Part shown: positions 26,751 through 39,170 of the stretch, in pieces
Numbering within the stretch: the stretch's first letter is position 1
How the letters are laid out: every line of letters starts with the position of its first letter
Assembly (NCBI GenBank): GCA_964187785.1
Contig: OZ076409.1
Location: 99,326,001-99,390,000 of the forward strand
Reading direction: 5' to 3'
Source: Amphiscolops sp. MND2022
Lineage: Eukaryota
DNA length: 64,000 nt
Notes under the pieces: model-generated
Database searches by the model: none
Told to the model about the DNA's origin: nothing
Seen by the model: the letters and a program-made list of their open reading frames with translations, nothing else
Made by a program: the position numbers and the translations under genes

Positions 26751-27286
26751 ATTTCAACCGAAACTAATTTTTGGCATTTAGTCCTAATTCGGTTGAGGAA
26801 TTATTTCAGTACAATAGTTAGTATTGAATCAAACCGGCCTATTTAATTCTTCATTAAACAGGTAATTCTTCATGAAGAAGCCATAACATCAAAAGTGGTA
26901 TAAAAAATAGCGCATTTCAGTTTAGAAAGATATGGTAATAAAAACTTCCTAAAATAATTATATACCTAATTTTGATCCATTAGCCAAAATTAGGAGTTGC
27001 CTCTCCGGAGTCGAAATATTATTATCAAAAATTGCAACTAAAGTTTCCAGGGTTAATCCAATTATTTAGGAATTGTTGCAGAAATTTAAATTGCAGAAAG
27101 TTGAAAATCCAATAGGTTGAAACAGAGCGCTTGAAATTGCATATGTTGAAGTGTCCTGACGCCATTCTAGAGTTGGAAATTTCGAAAATCGAGCAACAAG
27201 GAAACAAGGGGATGTTTCTGTTGGAAGGGGGATAATTTGGATTTCGGGTGTGCGCTTGGGGGGGGGGGGGGGTTGGGTGTTATTAG

Positions 27287-27997
27287 CAGTGAATTGTCGT
27301 GTATCGTGTATTTGCAAAAACCGTTACGTGTATTCGTGTATTTTTTCTGAAAAATAAAAAAAACTTCGAAAGTTTGAATTTCAATTTACTCATTATTAAC
27401 AGCAATTTGAAGCAAAATTTCCAAGTTTTTTGGCGACATACAGTTTCTTCTTTGACAGAAAATAGCCTTTCGGCTGCTCCTGAGCTTGCTGGAATGGCTA
27501 AAATTTTTTTAGTCGGCGCTTTTCTTTAGAAAAGAGTCGACTATAGTCATGGCTTTTCGTCAGTGTTTTTTTAAGACCACCTGAACTGACCAAAATAGTT
27601 CTACCAAAAGTTCTACAAAATTTTCAGAAGACGCCAAAATGTACCTGTTGGTCCAAGGAACTGAACCAAAAAGGTTTCCCGCGTAACATACAATACCGGA
27701 CGTGACCAAAGGGTCCATTTTTTCGGCACTGTGAGACTTTTTTTCAATTTTTTTTTCATAAAAATAGTCCCAATTCACCAATACTTGGAAATTTTGAAGT
27801 CCTTTTGCTACTTTTGAGCCTTGGATATGGCGCCGACTTGGGCCGTTCCCGGCTTGTTTGAACAATACTGGCACATATTGTGCGTCCCACAATGGACTCA
27901 CTTTAATTATCGTGTAATTTCATGTATATTTCAATAAATCGTGTATTAAAAAGACAAAAAATCGTGTATCCTGTCGTGTATCGTGTACAATTCACTG
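27287..27997. mobile_element. hAT-type MITE with nested family A element
   Basis: TIR cagtgaattgt / acaattcactg; exact 8-bp TSD gttattag; internal tcgtgta repeats. Confidence 0.85.
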
Positions 27998-28001
27998 GTT
28001 A

Positions 28002-28238
28002 TTAGTAAATGATTCTGGCTAGTTTTGGCAGCACACTGCACTTGACGCGTTGTGCGTTGGGTACTTTCTCGCCGTCTATGACCAGGTTCATGTGGCTGTG
28101 GACTTGGCTGAACTCTAGCTGGAAGCTCTGAACTGGCATGAAGGTCACCTCCGGCATGTGTGTGTGCTCCCCGCTGGCCATCGCAGCAATCACCTTGAGC
28201 AGTTTGGCTCTCGTCACTGGCTGCACGCAGTAGCCCAG
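28002..28238 (-). CDS. SPHK-like gene, last exon
   Basis: ctacag|CTG; LGYCVQPVTRAKLLKVIAAMASGEH...PVQSFQLE...LVIDGEKV...KCSVLPKLARIIY* resembles SPHK VSRAMLLRLFLAMEKGRH...PVVAFRLEP...AVDGE C-terminus. Seven exons sum to 1639 nt and stay in frame. Confidence 0.88.
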   Translation of the reverse strand: MGYCVQPVTRAKLLKVIAAMASGEHTHMPEVTFMPVQSFQLEFSQVHSHMNLVIDGEKVPNAQRVKCSVLPKLARIIY

Positions 28239-28757
28239 CTGTAGTAGCCCAGTCGTGGACACGGATGAGTCATCGTCTTATTTACTACTCATTAATATTC
28301 TCGCTTTAAATACAACAGCTTCTTCGTTCTAGATTGCAAACTTGGGTTCGAAACCTGAGCGCAGAACTAATTTTTTTTGTGTAACTTTCAATTTGTGTTA
28401 AAGTTTTGACATCGCTCATTTTTCGCGAATCGGTAAACCGCTCATTTCTAAAACGCCATTTCGCTGAAAAACTTTCTGTGGAAACTATTAAATGTTTTAA
28501 TATTAAATGATAACTTGATTCAGTTTTTGCAAAAAAAGCTTGAATTTTTATACTTTTTGAGGTTTCTGAAATTTAATGTATGCCCCGAGCAAATTTTGAA
28601 TTTGGACAATCAGTTGCCGCGATGATTCGGTAATAAAATCACTGAAAAAGCTGCTCGGCCGCTAATTCGCTAAATTGTTGATTAGCGGTGTCAAAACTGC
28701 TTCAAGTCTTGCATATTCCTTTTTTGTAAATTCATTCAGATTGTAAACGTCCACATA

Positions 28758-28929
28758 CAGTAGGGGGTGTTTATAACGGAGTGCTTTATAACGACGAGCG
28801 TTTATAACGACCATATTCCAAATTCCTGCCATATAACAAATGCTTGTAACGGCAACCTTTATAACGACGGTTTTTATACCGACATTAATATCAACTACCC
28901 ATCAGGGTCGTTATAAAAGCCCCCTACTG
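28758..28929. mobile_element. Tc1/pogo-like MITE
   Basis: TA|cagtagggggtgtttataacg ... cgttataaaagccccctactg|TA; internal ttataacg repeats. Confidence 0.85.
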
Positions 28930-30363
28930 TAGATGTTTTTAGCCGACGTTTTCCTTAGAAAGTGCTGAGTATATAAGTGACTTTTCCAAGACCATGATCC
29001 GACAGATTTTATAAATTTTGTAATTTTTTCATTTCGTTGTCCCGCCACTTGCGGTGTTTGGGGTGCTCGCTTCGCAAGTAGGAGGTCAAGATTTCGAATC
29101 CCGCGCATGACTAAAAGTTTTTCTGTTTTTGCAAAGGAGACGACAGTTGAGGGCGTTCCTTTGGGGTTGTTTTTCGGCACTGTGACTTTTTCCCAATTGT
29201 TTTCATTTCACTAACAATTAAATTTTTTTTGCGTTTCCAGTTAGGGGAAATAGATTTTCAAGTCTCGAACGTGTCACTTTTCGGGTTTGTCGGCTCTGGA
29301 AGATTCTTGAGAATTTTGTCAACAACTCTCCTTGAACCTAATTGAAAGACTTTGTCCTTTTCGAGCGCGTCACGGCTTGTTATCTAACTATGTCAGTTTT
29401 TCAGATAACTGATGTGCACTGCAGTATGGTTGTAGTTCACTTAGTGCCACGGATGTTTGTCAACTTATGATTCAACTCGAAGCAACGGGTTGCTCATTTT
29501 GAATGCTTCTACTCCACCCGTTCGCCCGGCGATACATGTGCATGATTCTATCTTTTTTTGTTTTTAAAAAGAATCTAGAAAAATCCCGGTTTCAACAGAG
29601 TGACATCATGGGTTTCTTGTGAAAAAATCCCAAACATTGCCACACGCTGTTGAAACTATATAAAATTATTTCTGAGAGCCTACTGCTTTAATAATGGAAA
29701 AGATGAGATGAGCGTCTTGTAACAACAGTATAGAAGGATACCGCAGTGCCGTTGCGCCTCTTGTATTTGTTATTAGTCGGCGCTTTTTGTGAAGCAAAAA
29801 ATGTCCGACTCTTACAGTGACCCTTTTTTCTCCAGGCCACAGACCTCACACTGGAAGGTCCACGTTTTACAGAAACTACTCAAGTCTGGCCAATGCAAAC
29901 TTAGAGCAAATGGTCCCCTTTTCCTTTTTTACTTTTTAACGTACCCTACAAAGCCGGACGAGACTAGACCCCCTTTTCTATTTTTTTTCGGCATTGAGAC
30001 TTTTCGAAAATTTTTATAATGTGTCCAAAGGGTCCGATTTTTTTTGATATTTTGCAACAAAAGGAAAGTTTTTTCAATACTGCCCGACTTTTCGACTTGA
30101 AATCCGAAGCGCTATATCCGAACTATTGACGTTATATCCGAACTATATTGCGTTTTACTAAGGAGGAGGCGGAGGTTCAAAAACGAGTTTTTCATGACAA
30201 CGGTCTACGCATGTTTAAAAAAACCGCTTTTTCAGCCTTAGATATAGCGCCGACTTTCGACGTTGCCGTCTTGTTTTCTTTGTTTATACTTTAAATATTC
30301 ATGAGCTTTTTGAGCCGACTTCAGACGTTCCGTATTGTTGTTGATAGTTGTGGTGTCTCATCC

Positions 30364-30495
30364 CTGTATGCAGCCGTCGTTGAACTTGGCTCTGGGGGCG
30401 TAGCAGGTACTGGTGGATAGATGGGTGACGTTGGCGGCTAGCACGAAGGAAAAGTGGGTGGAGGGCTCTGTGTCCCACTGCTCGGCGGAGGCAAG
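30364..30495 (-). CDS. SPHK-like gene, penultimate exon
   Basis: LASAEQWDTEPSTHFSFVLAANVTHLSTSTCYAPRAKFNDGCIQ resembles SPHK W..VPDEDFVLVLA...SHL...AP....G. Acceptor position uncertain; donor reads GG. Confidence 0.82.
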
Positions 30496-30840
30496 CTTGT
30501 TTTCTTCGAGTAAAAAACATCATCGATAATCTTTCAATATTGGTATAATCTAAGCTGCATTTGTAGAAAGTAGAGCTGGTTTTTAGGGAACTGAACCAAA
30601 AAGGTTTTCCTTTTTTTCCGCGTATCATACAATACCGGACGAGACTAAAGGGTCCCCCTTTTAGTTTTTTCGGCATTGTGAGACTTTTTTCAGAAAAAAT
30701 TTCGGGTGCTGTATAAGAGAATACTTTGACAGTTTGAAGTCTTTTTGGTATTTTCGAGCCTCATATATGGCGCCGACTTGGGCCGGTCCTGGCTTTTTGC
30801 TATTTGCTCTTATGTTATTTGGTACGTTATCTTGACAAGC

Positions 30841-31015
30841 CTGCTGGGAGGGGAAAGAGGGGAGTAATTCGGTCTTGGTCACCCTGGGGTAGATGGAGTA
30901 GTCCATCTCAGTGAGCGTGTGTCCCAACTCCCCCCACTCATCTCCCCCCTGTCGCCGGGGCTTCTCCGCCGTGTTCATTGAGGACAGGTCCAGAGCCGAA
31001 CTCACCATTGTCAGG
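30841..31015 (-). CDS. SPHK-like gene, internal exon
   Basis: gtttag|C ... CAG|gcttgt (GC donor); LTMVSSALDLSS...KTELLPSFPSQQ; phase 2/0. Confidence 0.7.
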
Positions 31016-31059
31016 CTAAACATGATAAATAATAAATGCCATGATCATTTGTAAAAAAA

Positions 31060-31086
31060 GGAGAGAGAGAGAGAGAGAGAGAGAGA
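31060..31086. repeat. (GA)n microsatellite
   Basis: Direct reading. Confidence 0.95.
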
Positions 31087-33451
31087 AATAAGCTGGCAAC
31101 GGTGGCAAAATCAAGAAATTGTATGCATTGTTTTTGTCGGAGCATTTTTTTAGTCGGCGCTTTTTCCTGTTAAGGAAAAATGCCCGACTCTTACAGTGAC
31201 CTTATTTTCTTCAGATGACAGAGCTCACACTGATCAGTCCACTTTTACAGAAACTGCTAAAACTACTGAAGCCAAGACCGGCCAGCGGAAACTTCGTGAA
31301 AAGAGTCCCCCTTTCATTTTTCAATTTTTAACGTAACCTACAAAACCGGACGATACTAAATGCAACCCCCCCCCCCTTCGATTTTTTTTCGGCACTGTGG
31401 GACTTTTTTCGAAAATTGTTTAATGTATCCAAAGGGTCCCCTCTTTGAGTTTTTAAACATTTTGCAACCGAATGTATGCTAATAAATCCCAAAGCATTTT
31501 GCGACATTTTCCGAAAGATAAAAGTTTTTTCAAAAAATGATTTTTTGTTCCCAGTTGAGGAGAAAGTGGTTTCCGAGTCATATCGAGCATGAAAGGCACC
31601 CTTTGGGTGTCTCGAAACTGTTTTCTGAGCTTTTTATAATTACGTCCTGGGCATATTTTAAAAACTTTGCGCTTTTTGAGCCTTAGATATAGCGCCGACT
31701 TTAGACGTTATCGTCTTGTTTTCAGTGTATGTATGTTGTTGCTTAAGATGAAATATTTTGCGAAATGCATTCAATTTAACATCTGATCTTCGTTTTTCCC
31801 TGATTTCGGATTGTCTTGATTGTTTTCACGATACTGGAACTTGAAAATAGATTTTCTGGCCAGCAGTGAATTAGGTTTTACCAAAAAACGCGCTACTCGC
31901 TTGTTGCGTTTGTGACTGGCCCGCTAACTCTTAAGCGGCGCGTTTTGGAAAAAAACTTTGGCTTCGCGAATTTTCTTTAAATTTCGAGCTTTTGGAAATT
32001 TCGATTGGTTACCAAAGCGGCTGCAGGGGGAAGTAAGACAAAAGGTTCAAATACAATAATGACGACATCGTTTGCGTTCAAATTTTGGTCCAATAAAAAA
32101 ATTGATGTCGACATAATCCTTTGTTTTACATTGATTCACAGTCAAAAAAGGCTTAATTTATTTTTTGGCGGGGGAAATTTGTGTTAAAATAGGGGCCTTT
32201 TTATACGATTTTAGCTTGTTCCAAACGTCAATTTCTGCTATTTTGGGCAATGATATCAAAAATTAGAGTAATTTGTTTACATGAAGTGTCAAAACAGTTG
32301 TAGAGACAATGCTTTATCATTTATTTACTTTCATTTGATATTCTCTTATTAAGGAAATATTTTTATTCAAGAACAAAATGTGCTTCCGTGTTGGGGGGAT
32401 TCGAAACAAGTTGTGCCTGGGGGATAACCTCGACAGTGATTTCGTCGCCAGATGAGGACAGGGATTTTTTTCGCGATCATTAATGAATTACGAAACCCAA
32501 AAAGCATGAAAAATGAAGTCTTTCTTATCGACAATCTATTGGACTATCTGGGGTGAATTGTTATTTTTGTCAATACAGTTTTTTGCCGAGCCAATGGCAA
32601 AAAAGTAACTGAAAAAAGTGAAAAATTGCAAAAAAGTACATTTTAGAAAATTCGCTTTTTCTCAGTAACCGAGCAACTGATTGCTAAGTTACTGTCCCAC
32701 TCTAGTAACAGAGTAGGCCATCATTGAAAACGCATATAGAAGTTTTTTCAATGAAGCTTCAGTTATGAGTTCAACCGAAATTTGAAAGGCCCGGCGCAGA
32801 ATTGAAGCTTTGCAAAAATTTTGCCAAAATTTTGTCAATTTTTCGACTTCTTGGTGTACTGTCGAGCATAAGACATGGTTCTTATAAACAAGACGGGAAC
32901 GTCTAGAGTCGGCGCTATATCTAATTCTCAAAAAGCGTAAAGTTTTTAAAATTGGAAAAGGGGGACCCTTTTGAAAGTCCAGTTTGTTGCAAAATATCAA
33001 AAAAGTCGAAAAACGAAAAATGAGAATTTTGAAAGAGTCTCACAGTGCCGAAAAACTAGAAAGGGGGGCCCTGTGGGCTTTTTGAAACTTAGTTTGCTGC
33101 AAAATATCAAAAACCTTGAAGTGGGGACCCTTTGGCGACAAAAAAATTCGAAGAAAAAGTCGCACAGTGCCGGAAAAAAATTCAAAGAGGGGACCCAGTA
33201 GTCCCGTCTAGTTTTGTATCTTTCGTTAAAAATTGAGTACACGAAAGGGGGGACCCTTCGCACTACCTTAAATGCGTTTCCGCTTGCCGGTGCAGTAGTT
33301 TAGTAGTTCTGTAGAAAAAGTGTCCACTACACATACATTCTGTTATCCGACGAAAAAAAACTTGCCACTGTAATAGTCGGGCTCATTTTGTTAAAATGCG
33401 TCGACTAAAAAGAGAATGTTTTTTGCAACCCTAGTTTTGTTGGGTACTAAC

Positions 33452-33620
33452 GGTCTGTCTGCTCTGAGACTGAGGGGTCGTTTGCTGCTGACCCTGTCAG
33501 AGTGTGCCCTCGGTCGAAGGGGCGGACTCACGCTCCGGCTGGGGTCTTGGGCGGTGACTGCAAGGGGGCACAGAGTGTGTGTGGTGATGGCTGCGTCCCA
33601 AGAACACTTCCTCACTGCAC
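33452..33620 (-). CDS. SPHK-like gene, internal exon (insert region)
   Basis: tggcag|GT ... CC|gttagt; AVRKCSWDAAITTH...RPLSLRADR; phase 1/2. Confidence 0.65.
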
Positions 33621-33971
33621 CTGCCACATTCATACATACACAGTGATGTCTATTTTTAGTCGGCGCTTCCGTAGAAAGAGCAGACTATCGTAGTGGCTTT
33701 TTTTCTTAGACCGAAAAGAAAGACCGACGAAGTGACAGATTTTATAAATTTCTATAAATTGTTCATTTTGTTCAACTTGCAAACAAGTAAAACACGCACC
33801 TAGAAAACGAACTAGAACCTCGGAAACATACCAAGGGTCCCCCTTTGGATATCTTGGTGTTTTCAACTTTGATTTTTTTTCGGCACTGTGAGACTTTTTC
33901 TCGAAAATTTTTTCGGCGCTTTCTTAGAACATACATAACATCTAACACACATGAATTCAGATAAAACGTTT

Positions 33972-34461
33972 TTAATATTTCTGCTTTAGCAGGAATATTA
34001 TTGTAACCTCAAACTTTCTACTTTTTTTCAGTACAAATTTTTCGGTCGATCTGAATAATTCAGATATTTTGTTCGGCAGTGAGTGTAAGCGTGGGAAAGC
34101 TGCCGACAACAATTCAATTCTAGTGCGATGAAACGAGTGAGTGGTAATCATGCATTCGTACGCCGAGTTATTGAGATGAAGCGAGCGAATGTTCGTCATT
34201 GTGCTTTCGTTGCCCCGAGTAATTGAGATGAAGCGAATGAGTGTTAATTATTCGTTCACGGAGAGCTTCGCCTGCATTCAAATGCGAATACGAAACTTCG
34301 TCTACGCTTAGTAGTTATATTTGCTTTAGTCCAAGATATGAAGGCGGTGTAAAGTTGTAGAGTGATTAATTGTGCGCTTCATAATTTAGGATATGCTTCT
34401 ATTATTGAACATGAAACCCTAAAAGCAGAAATAATGATCTGCCCCGCATGGGCCTATTTTT
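33972..34461 (+). mobile_element. Helentron/DINE-1-like family C (subTIR atttctgc / gcagaaat)
   Basis: 5' hairpin taatatttctgc-ttta-gcaggaatatta; 3' gcagaaataat, stem-loop gccc-cgcat-gggc, ctattttt. Related copies near 1335-2415, 4400-5063, 25440-25866, 50870-51072. Confidence 0.65.
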
Positions 34462-35399
34462 GAACAGCCTGTTCAAGTATTCTCAAAATCTTGTGATGAA
34501 CTTGTGTAAAAAGTGTCTGAACGAAATTGGAAAGAATAGTTGTTTCCGTGGCTGTGGAAGCTCCTGCTGGACTAACTATAAGGCAATTCAATTGTGAAAT
34601 ACTTAATTTTCAAATTTTGAGACTATTTTCAAAATAATGCCATTATCTACAAAAAGAATCACTTTCACTTTTTTCAGCTTCTCAATTAAGAAACCGTATG
34701 ATATTTACTTAATGTGAATTATGGATAACCAAAGAAATTCATTTTTGATCGTAAGTTTTCACCCAGGGGTAGCAAAATAAAAAAACCGAAGACTGTTATT
34801 TGCGACAGTTTTCACTCCAGATCGCCAGTTGCGATTAAACGTTTCTGTTTCATGATCTATTTTCTTGTTTCTTCTTGTGGTTGGCGACACTCGAGCCTTG
34901 AAAATAGGTTTTTGCTAAGGTATTTCAGGGCGGAAAAATTGGCCAGTGCGTAGCGGGGGTCTTGTTAGTCGGCGCTTTTAGAATAAAAGCCGACTATTAC
35001 AGTCACTCGAAGGCGACGAAATTTTTGCTCAGTTTGTTCAACTAAGCGAATACCTGGGACACGCATCTAAGTTATTGCAAAGGGTCCACTTCTCATTTTT
35101 TTTTCGGCGCTGTGCGACATTTTTCATTTTTTGTCTCCAAAGGGTCTCCCCTTCGATTTTATTGGAGTCCCCCTCGTAATATACGGAGTGAAGCGCCATA
35201 TCAGAACTTTTGACGTAATTTCTGAACTACCTTGCGTTTTATTCAGGAGGAGGCAGAGGTTCGAAAACAGGAGTTTTTCATGAAAACGTTCTACGCATAT
35301 TTTAAAAACCGCGCTTTTTGAGCCTTAGATATAGCGCCGACTTGAGACGTTCCCGTCTTGTTTTCTTTCTTTATGCGGCCTGCTTAAAATATTCATCAC

Positions 35400-35625
35400 T
35401 GGATGCAGGTGTGATTAAGGTGTCCTTCCTTCCCACGGGTTCCTCATCTGAAGGCATCTCCCCGTTTTCAGTTGCCACGGTGCCATTATGGGTGACAAGG
35501 TCATGGCTTTCGGCACTGTGAAACTCGTTGTTTGTCACCTGTTTCTCCTCGTGGCTCAATGACTCATTATCGTTTGTGGCTGTCTTCTGTTGTCTATCGT
35601 TCGCTTTTCTTCGTAGAGGAGGAGG
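35400..35625 (-). CDS. SPHK-like gene, internal exon (insert region)
   Basis: ttacag|CCT ... TCC A|gtgatg; PPPLRRKANDRQQKT...ITPAS; phase 0/1. Donor is weak and was chosen by phase. Confidence 0.65.
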
Positions 35626-36442
35626 CTGTAACGCATACTATAATTTCACCATTATTCATTTCAAAACTATCTTTCATTTTGTCAGTCCGGTGGGAAATTC
35701 CATAATTTTTTTCCACCCCAGATCTAAAAAGCACCACCCAAAGATTGGAAATTTTCACCTTTTCATTTGAACTGCACGACGTCACGAGCTTTAAGGGTCT
35801 CTTTGGTGTTTTCGGCACTGTGAGTTTTTTCATATATCTTCCGAGAAAAGCCAAAGCTCCTCAATTGTTCGACCTCCCGCAATTAACCGTTTTTGACAAA
35901 ATGCTACTACTAGGTTTATACAAGCCGGGAACGGCCCAAGTCGGCGCCATATCTAAGGCTCAAAAATAGCAAAAGGACTTCAAAGTGTCAAGTATTCTCT
36001 TCTACAGTATCCGCGTGAGGAAAAAATTGAAAAAAATACGATTTTTTTTTCATTTTTTTTGGTCCCCGGTAAGTCGCATAGTGCCGAAAGATGTAAAAGA
36101 GGGCCCTTTGGAAGTTTTTGAACATCCATTCTTTTGCAAAATAGAAAAAAAATTGAATGGGGACACTATGGAAATATTTAAAAAAATTGCGAAAAAAAGT
36201 CTCACAAAGCCGAAAAAACCTGCACAAAAAATTTTTGGTCAAGGGCGGGACTCAAACCCAAGGACTCGAACCCACGTCCTTCTGAGTGTGGCACAGTTTA
36301 GTGTTAGTGCAAGTCAGCTTATAAAGCTTATAAAATCTGTCAGTTCGTTGGTCTTAAAAAAAGAAAAGTCACTGCTATAGTCTGCGTTTTTCTACGAAAA
36401 GCGCCGACTAAAAATGATGCCGGGGGTTGAAAGACAACTAAC

Positions 36443-36824
36443 TGTGGTGTTTTTGCTGCTACGACAGTGCTGGACTCTGATCAAAGGGGGTGAGTTGGCT
36501 GCTGTTGCCTTCATGTTGTCCTTAAGGAAGTCCAGACTGAAGCCATTCTCGTAATCAGCCGGCTGACTACATGCACTCTGGCTGGCGGTCGTGGGGGTCG
36601 GCAGAGAACATTGCAGCTCTTCTCTGCCGGCCACACTGGACGTCAACTTGGTCTGGTTCCGTTGGTGGTGGTTGTGGTGCCTTCTGTTCTGTTGTTGCTC
36701 CACCCACACATTGGCCAGAGCAGTAGTCTCCCCCGTCGACAGGCGCCCCCCGCCAACGCTCCCAGCCCCTCCCCGCGTCGTATCCGTGTTTCTCTCACCG
36801 CTTACATCTGCGTCTTCATCGTGA
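36443..36824 (-). CDS. SPHK-like gene, internal exon (insert region)
   Basis: ttgtag|T ... ACA|gttagt; GC-rich open frame HDEDADVSGERNTD...SSKNTT; phase 2/0 matches neighbours. Confidence 0.75.
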
Positions 36825-37455
36825 CTACAAATAGTATATTATGAGTTATATGCAATTTGTCGTTTATAAAGTCAAGTCGAATATTCAACAAGCCGGGAAC
36901 GGCATAAGTCGGCCGCGACATACCTAAGGCTCAAAAATAGCCAAAGGACTTCAAAGTGTCAAGTATTCTCTTCTACACTACCCGAAAAACCACCCAAAAG
37001 TTGGACCGAACTTGCTCGCTGAAAGGGGGACCCTTTCGAATTTTTTAATATGTCTTCTGTTACAAAATTTCAAAAAAAAATTGAAGGGGACCCTTTGAAG
37101 ACATTAAATATTTTTCGAAAGAAAAGTCTCACAATGCCAAAAAACAAAGGGGACCCTTTAGTCTATCCCGGTATTGTTATGTTACGCTGAGAAAAAAGGA
37201 ACAACTTTTATAGTTCAGTTCCTTGGGCCAAATGGTGAAATTTGATACCTTAAAGTTTCGTAGAACTTTGTAGAACTCTTTTGGTCAGTTCGTGTGGATT
37301 GAAAAAGGAGTCAATATTATAGTCGCGTTTCACTTCTTGAAGCGCCGACCAATGGAACCGGTGATCTGTGCCATATTGTTTTTCGCTAACTTTTTAATAG
37401 CTGCACTGTAGCTAAGAATCATCTAATCCATTATTGACTTTGCGTGAGCATTGTG

Positions 37456-37658
37456 GGATCTTTTCTGTTAATTCCCCTCCCCACAGGAAGCGCGGAAATT
37501 TTAATTCCCCACCACTATCAGCGATGAGTTTCAGTTGCAGTTAGAGTTATAAAATACTGCAATTTGATTGGTTGTTACTATTAATTCAATGATGATTTCT
37601 CTTGGCCGCTTAACTGGGGGGAATTAAATTGGTGGGGGTGAATTAACAGAAAAGATCC
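37456..37658. mobile_element. MITE with GGATC TIRs and 8-bp TSD
   Basis: ggatcttttctgttaattc / gaattaacagaaaagatcc, TSD gcattgtg; second copy at 59375-59563 with TSD caattttg. Confidence 0.85.
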
Positions 37659-37917
37659 GCATTGTGAAACATCAGTAAGCACTTGCGAGAATACGTATGT
37701 TGTACTTTCTATATCCACAAAACTTGTTCAATTCTTTGTTACAATACTGATTCTGGTCTTTGAAATTGAGATTTTTGTCCAGGTATGGTCAAGATATTTG
37801 CTTGTTTTGTTCATATTCTCACTGTGAAAAATTCATTTAAAATAGATGCGATATTTCCTATGCAAATGATGATTCCCATGCTATGATTCACATTTGTCAT
37901 TGTTAAGGTTGAGTTTC

Positions 37918-38188
37918 TTATTTTCCGCCCACATATAATGGAGGAGCAAAATCATAATCTGTGTTGCATTTTTTCCAAATTCTGTCAAATCTTCACGATG
38001 GAGTTGATGGAGACTTCATTTGACTATTTTAGTTACTTGACTATTTTAGTTACTTGACTATTTTCGTTACTTTGTAGCGCAGTTAGTAGTGCGTCTGCCT
38101 GGCAGACAGGAGATCGTGGGTTCGAACTCATGCTGATGCGTTACATTTTTAGCGGAAAATATCCCGGTGCATAGCGCGCGTCTTGTTT
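37918..38188 (+). mobile_element. Helentron/DINE-1-like family B (subTIR attttccgc / gcggaaaat)
   Basis: 5' ttattttccgccccac, 3' gcggaaaatatcccggtgcatagcgcgcgtcttgttt. Copies near 23785-24163, 46283-46525, 58955-59312, 9966-10325 (-), 56894-57303 (-). Confidence 0.7.
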
Positions 38189-39170
38189 CCTTCCAGCAGT
38201 GAGTTTGTTTGCGATGAATAAAAGCGATCATTGACTTTCGAGTGATTGCTAGGCTCACTTCAACGATAGTACGCGCAAGATGTCAGTATCACTTATTCAC
38301 CTTTAGGCAAATCAAAAAGATTAGATCACACAGGGTTGTCATGAAAAACCCGTCAATGACAACTTTCTGACTCCCCATCCCATCCCATGGAAAACGTTGA
38401 TTCAAAATGGTGATTTTTACTGTCCTCTTTCTATTCGATTCTGTTGCACAATGTATTGCAGTGCCACTGCACGTCCTTTTCATTTTGTTTTTGCTTTATG
38501 AAATAAATTGCAAATTATTATAGTGACTTTTTTGGTTTATTTTCATTCCGCTCGAAGTGACCATTTCATGCAAAATGCCAAAATTCTACAATATAGTCGG
38601 AAGGGTCTCCCACAATCCTATTTTCCCTTTCGGATTTTGTTTTTTTTCGAAACCAAATAGGGTATTTTTGGAACAGTGAGATTTTTTAGAAAAATCAATT
38701 TTCCAATAGTGTTCCTTTTGTTTTTTTGATATTCCGGGATAGAATGAAGCGTTTTTTAGCTCAGAGGGTCCCCATTTTGTTTTTTTTTCGATACTGTGCT
38801 ATTTTTGTGGAAAATTTGTATTTCATAAAAGGCTTCTCGTTTTGGTTTCATGATTTCTGGTGGGAAACGAAGCAGAACGGTTTCGGTTGTTTGCTGTTTC
38901 TGATGAAAATAAAAAATTTTAAGATGCCCCTTCAATTCCCTTGCGATTTTTTGGCCATTTTTCCAGACTTTTTGATTCCATTCCTTGACGCTTTGAAGTA
39001 CATTTGTTCTTTTTGAACCGTAAGCAGGGCGCCGACTTTTGCCGTTTCTGGCTGCTTCAAAGTTTTATGGAGAAATCAACAAGTCTAGAACACACGTACG
39101 CCTGCTTCCAAACTATCCGCTCAATTTACCAGGCCAAATTTCGGGACGACAGAATGAAGAAATTTATATA

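Noticed and set aside
35371..35399. GC donor at AAG CAG|GCCGCA for the SPHK-like exon
   Set aside because: Phase 0 would give GTG CAG TGA in the next exon; the phase-1 GT donor at 35399 keeps the frame.
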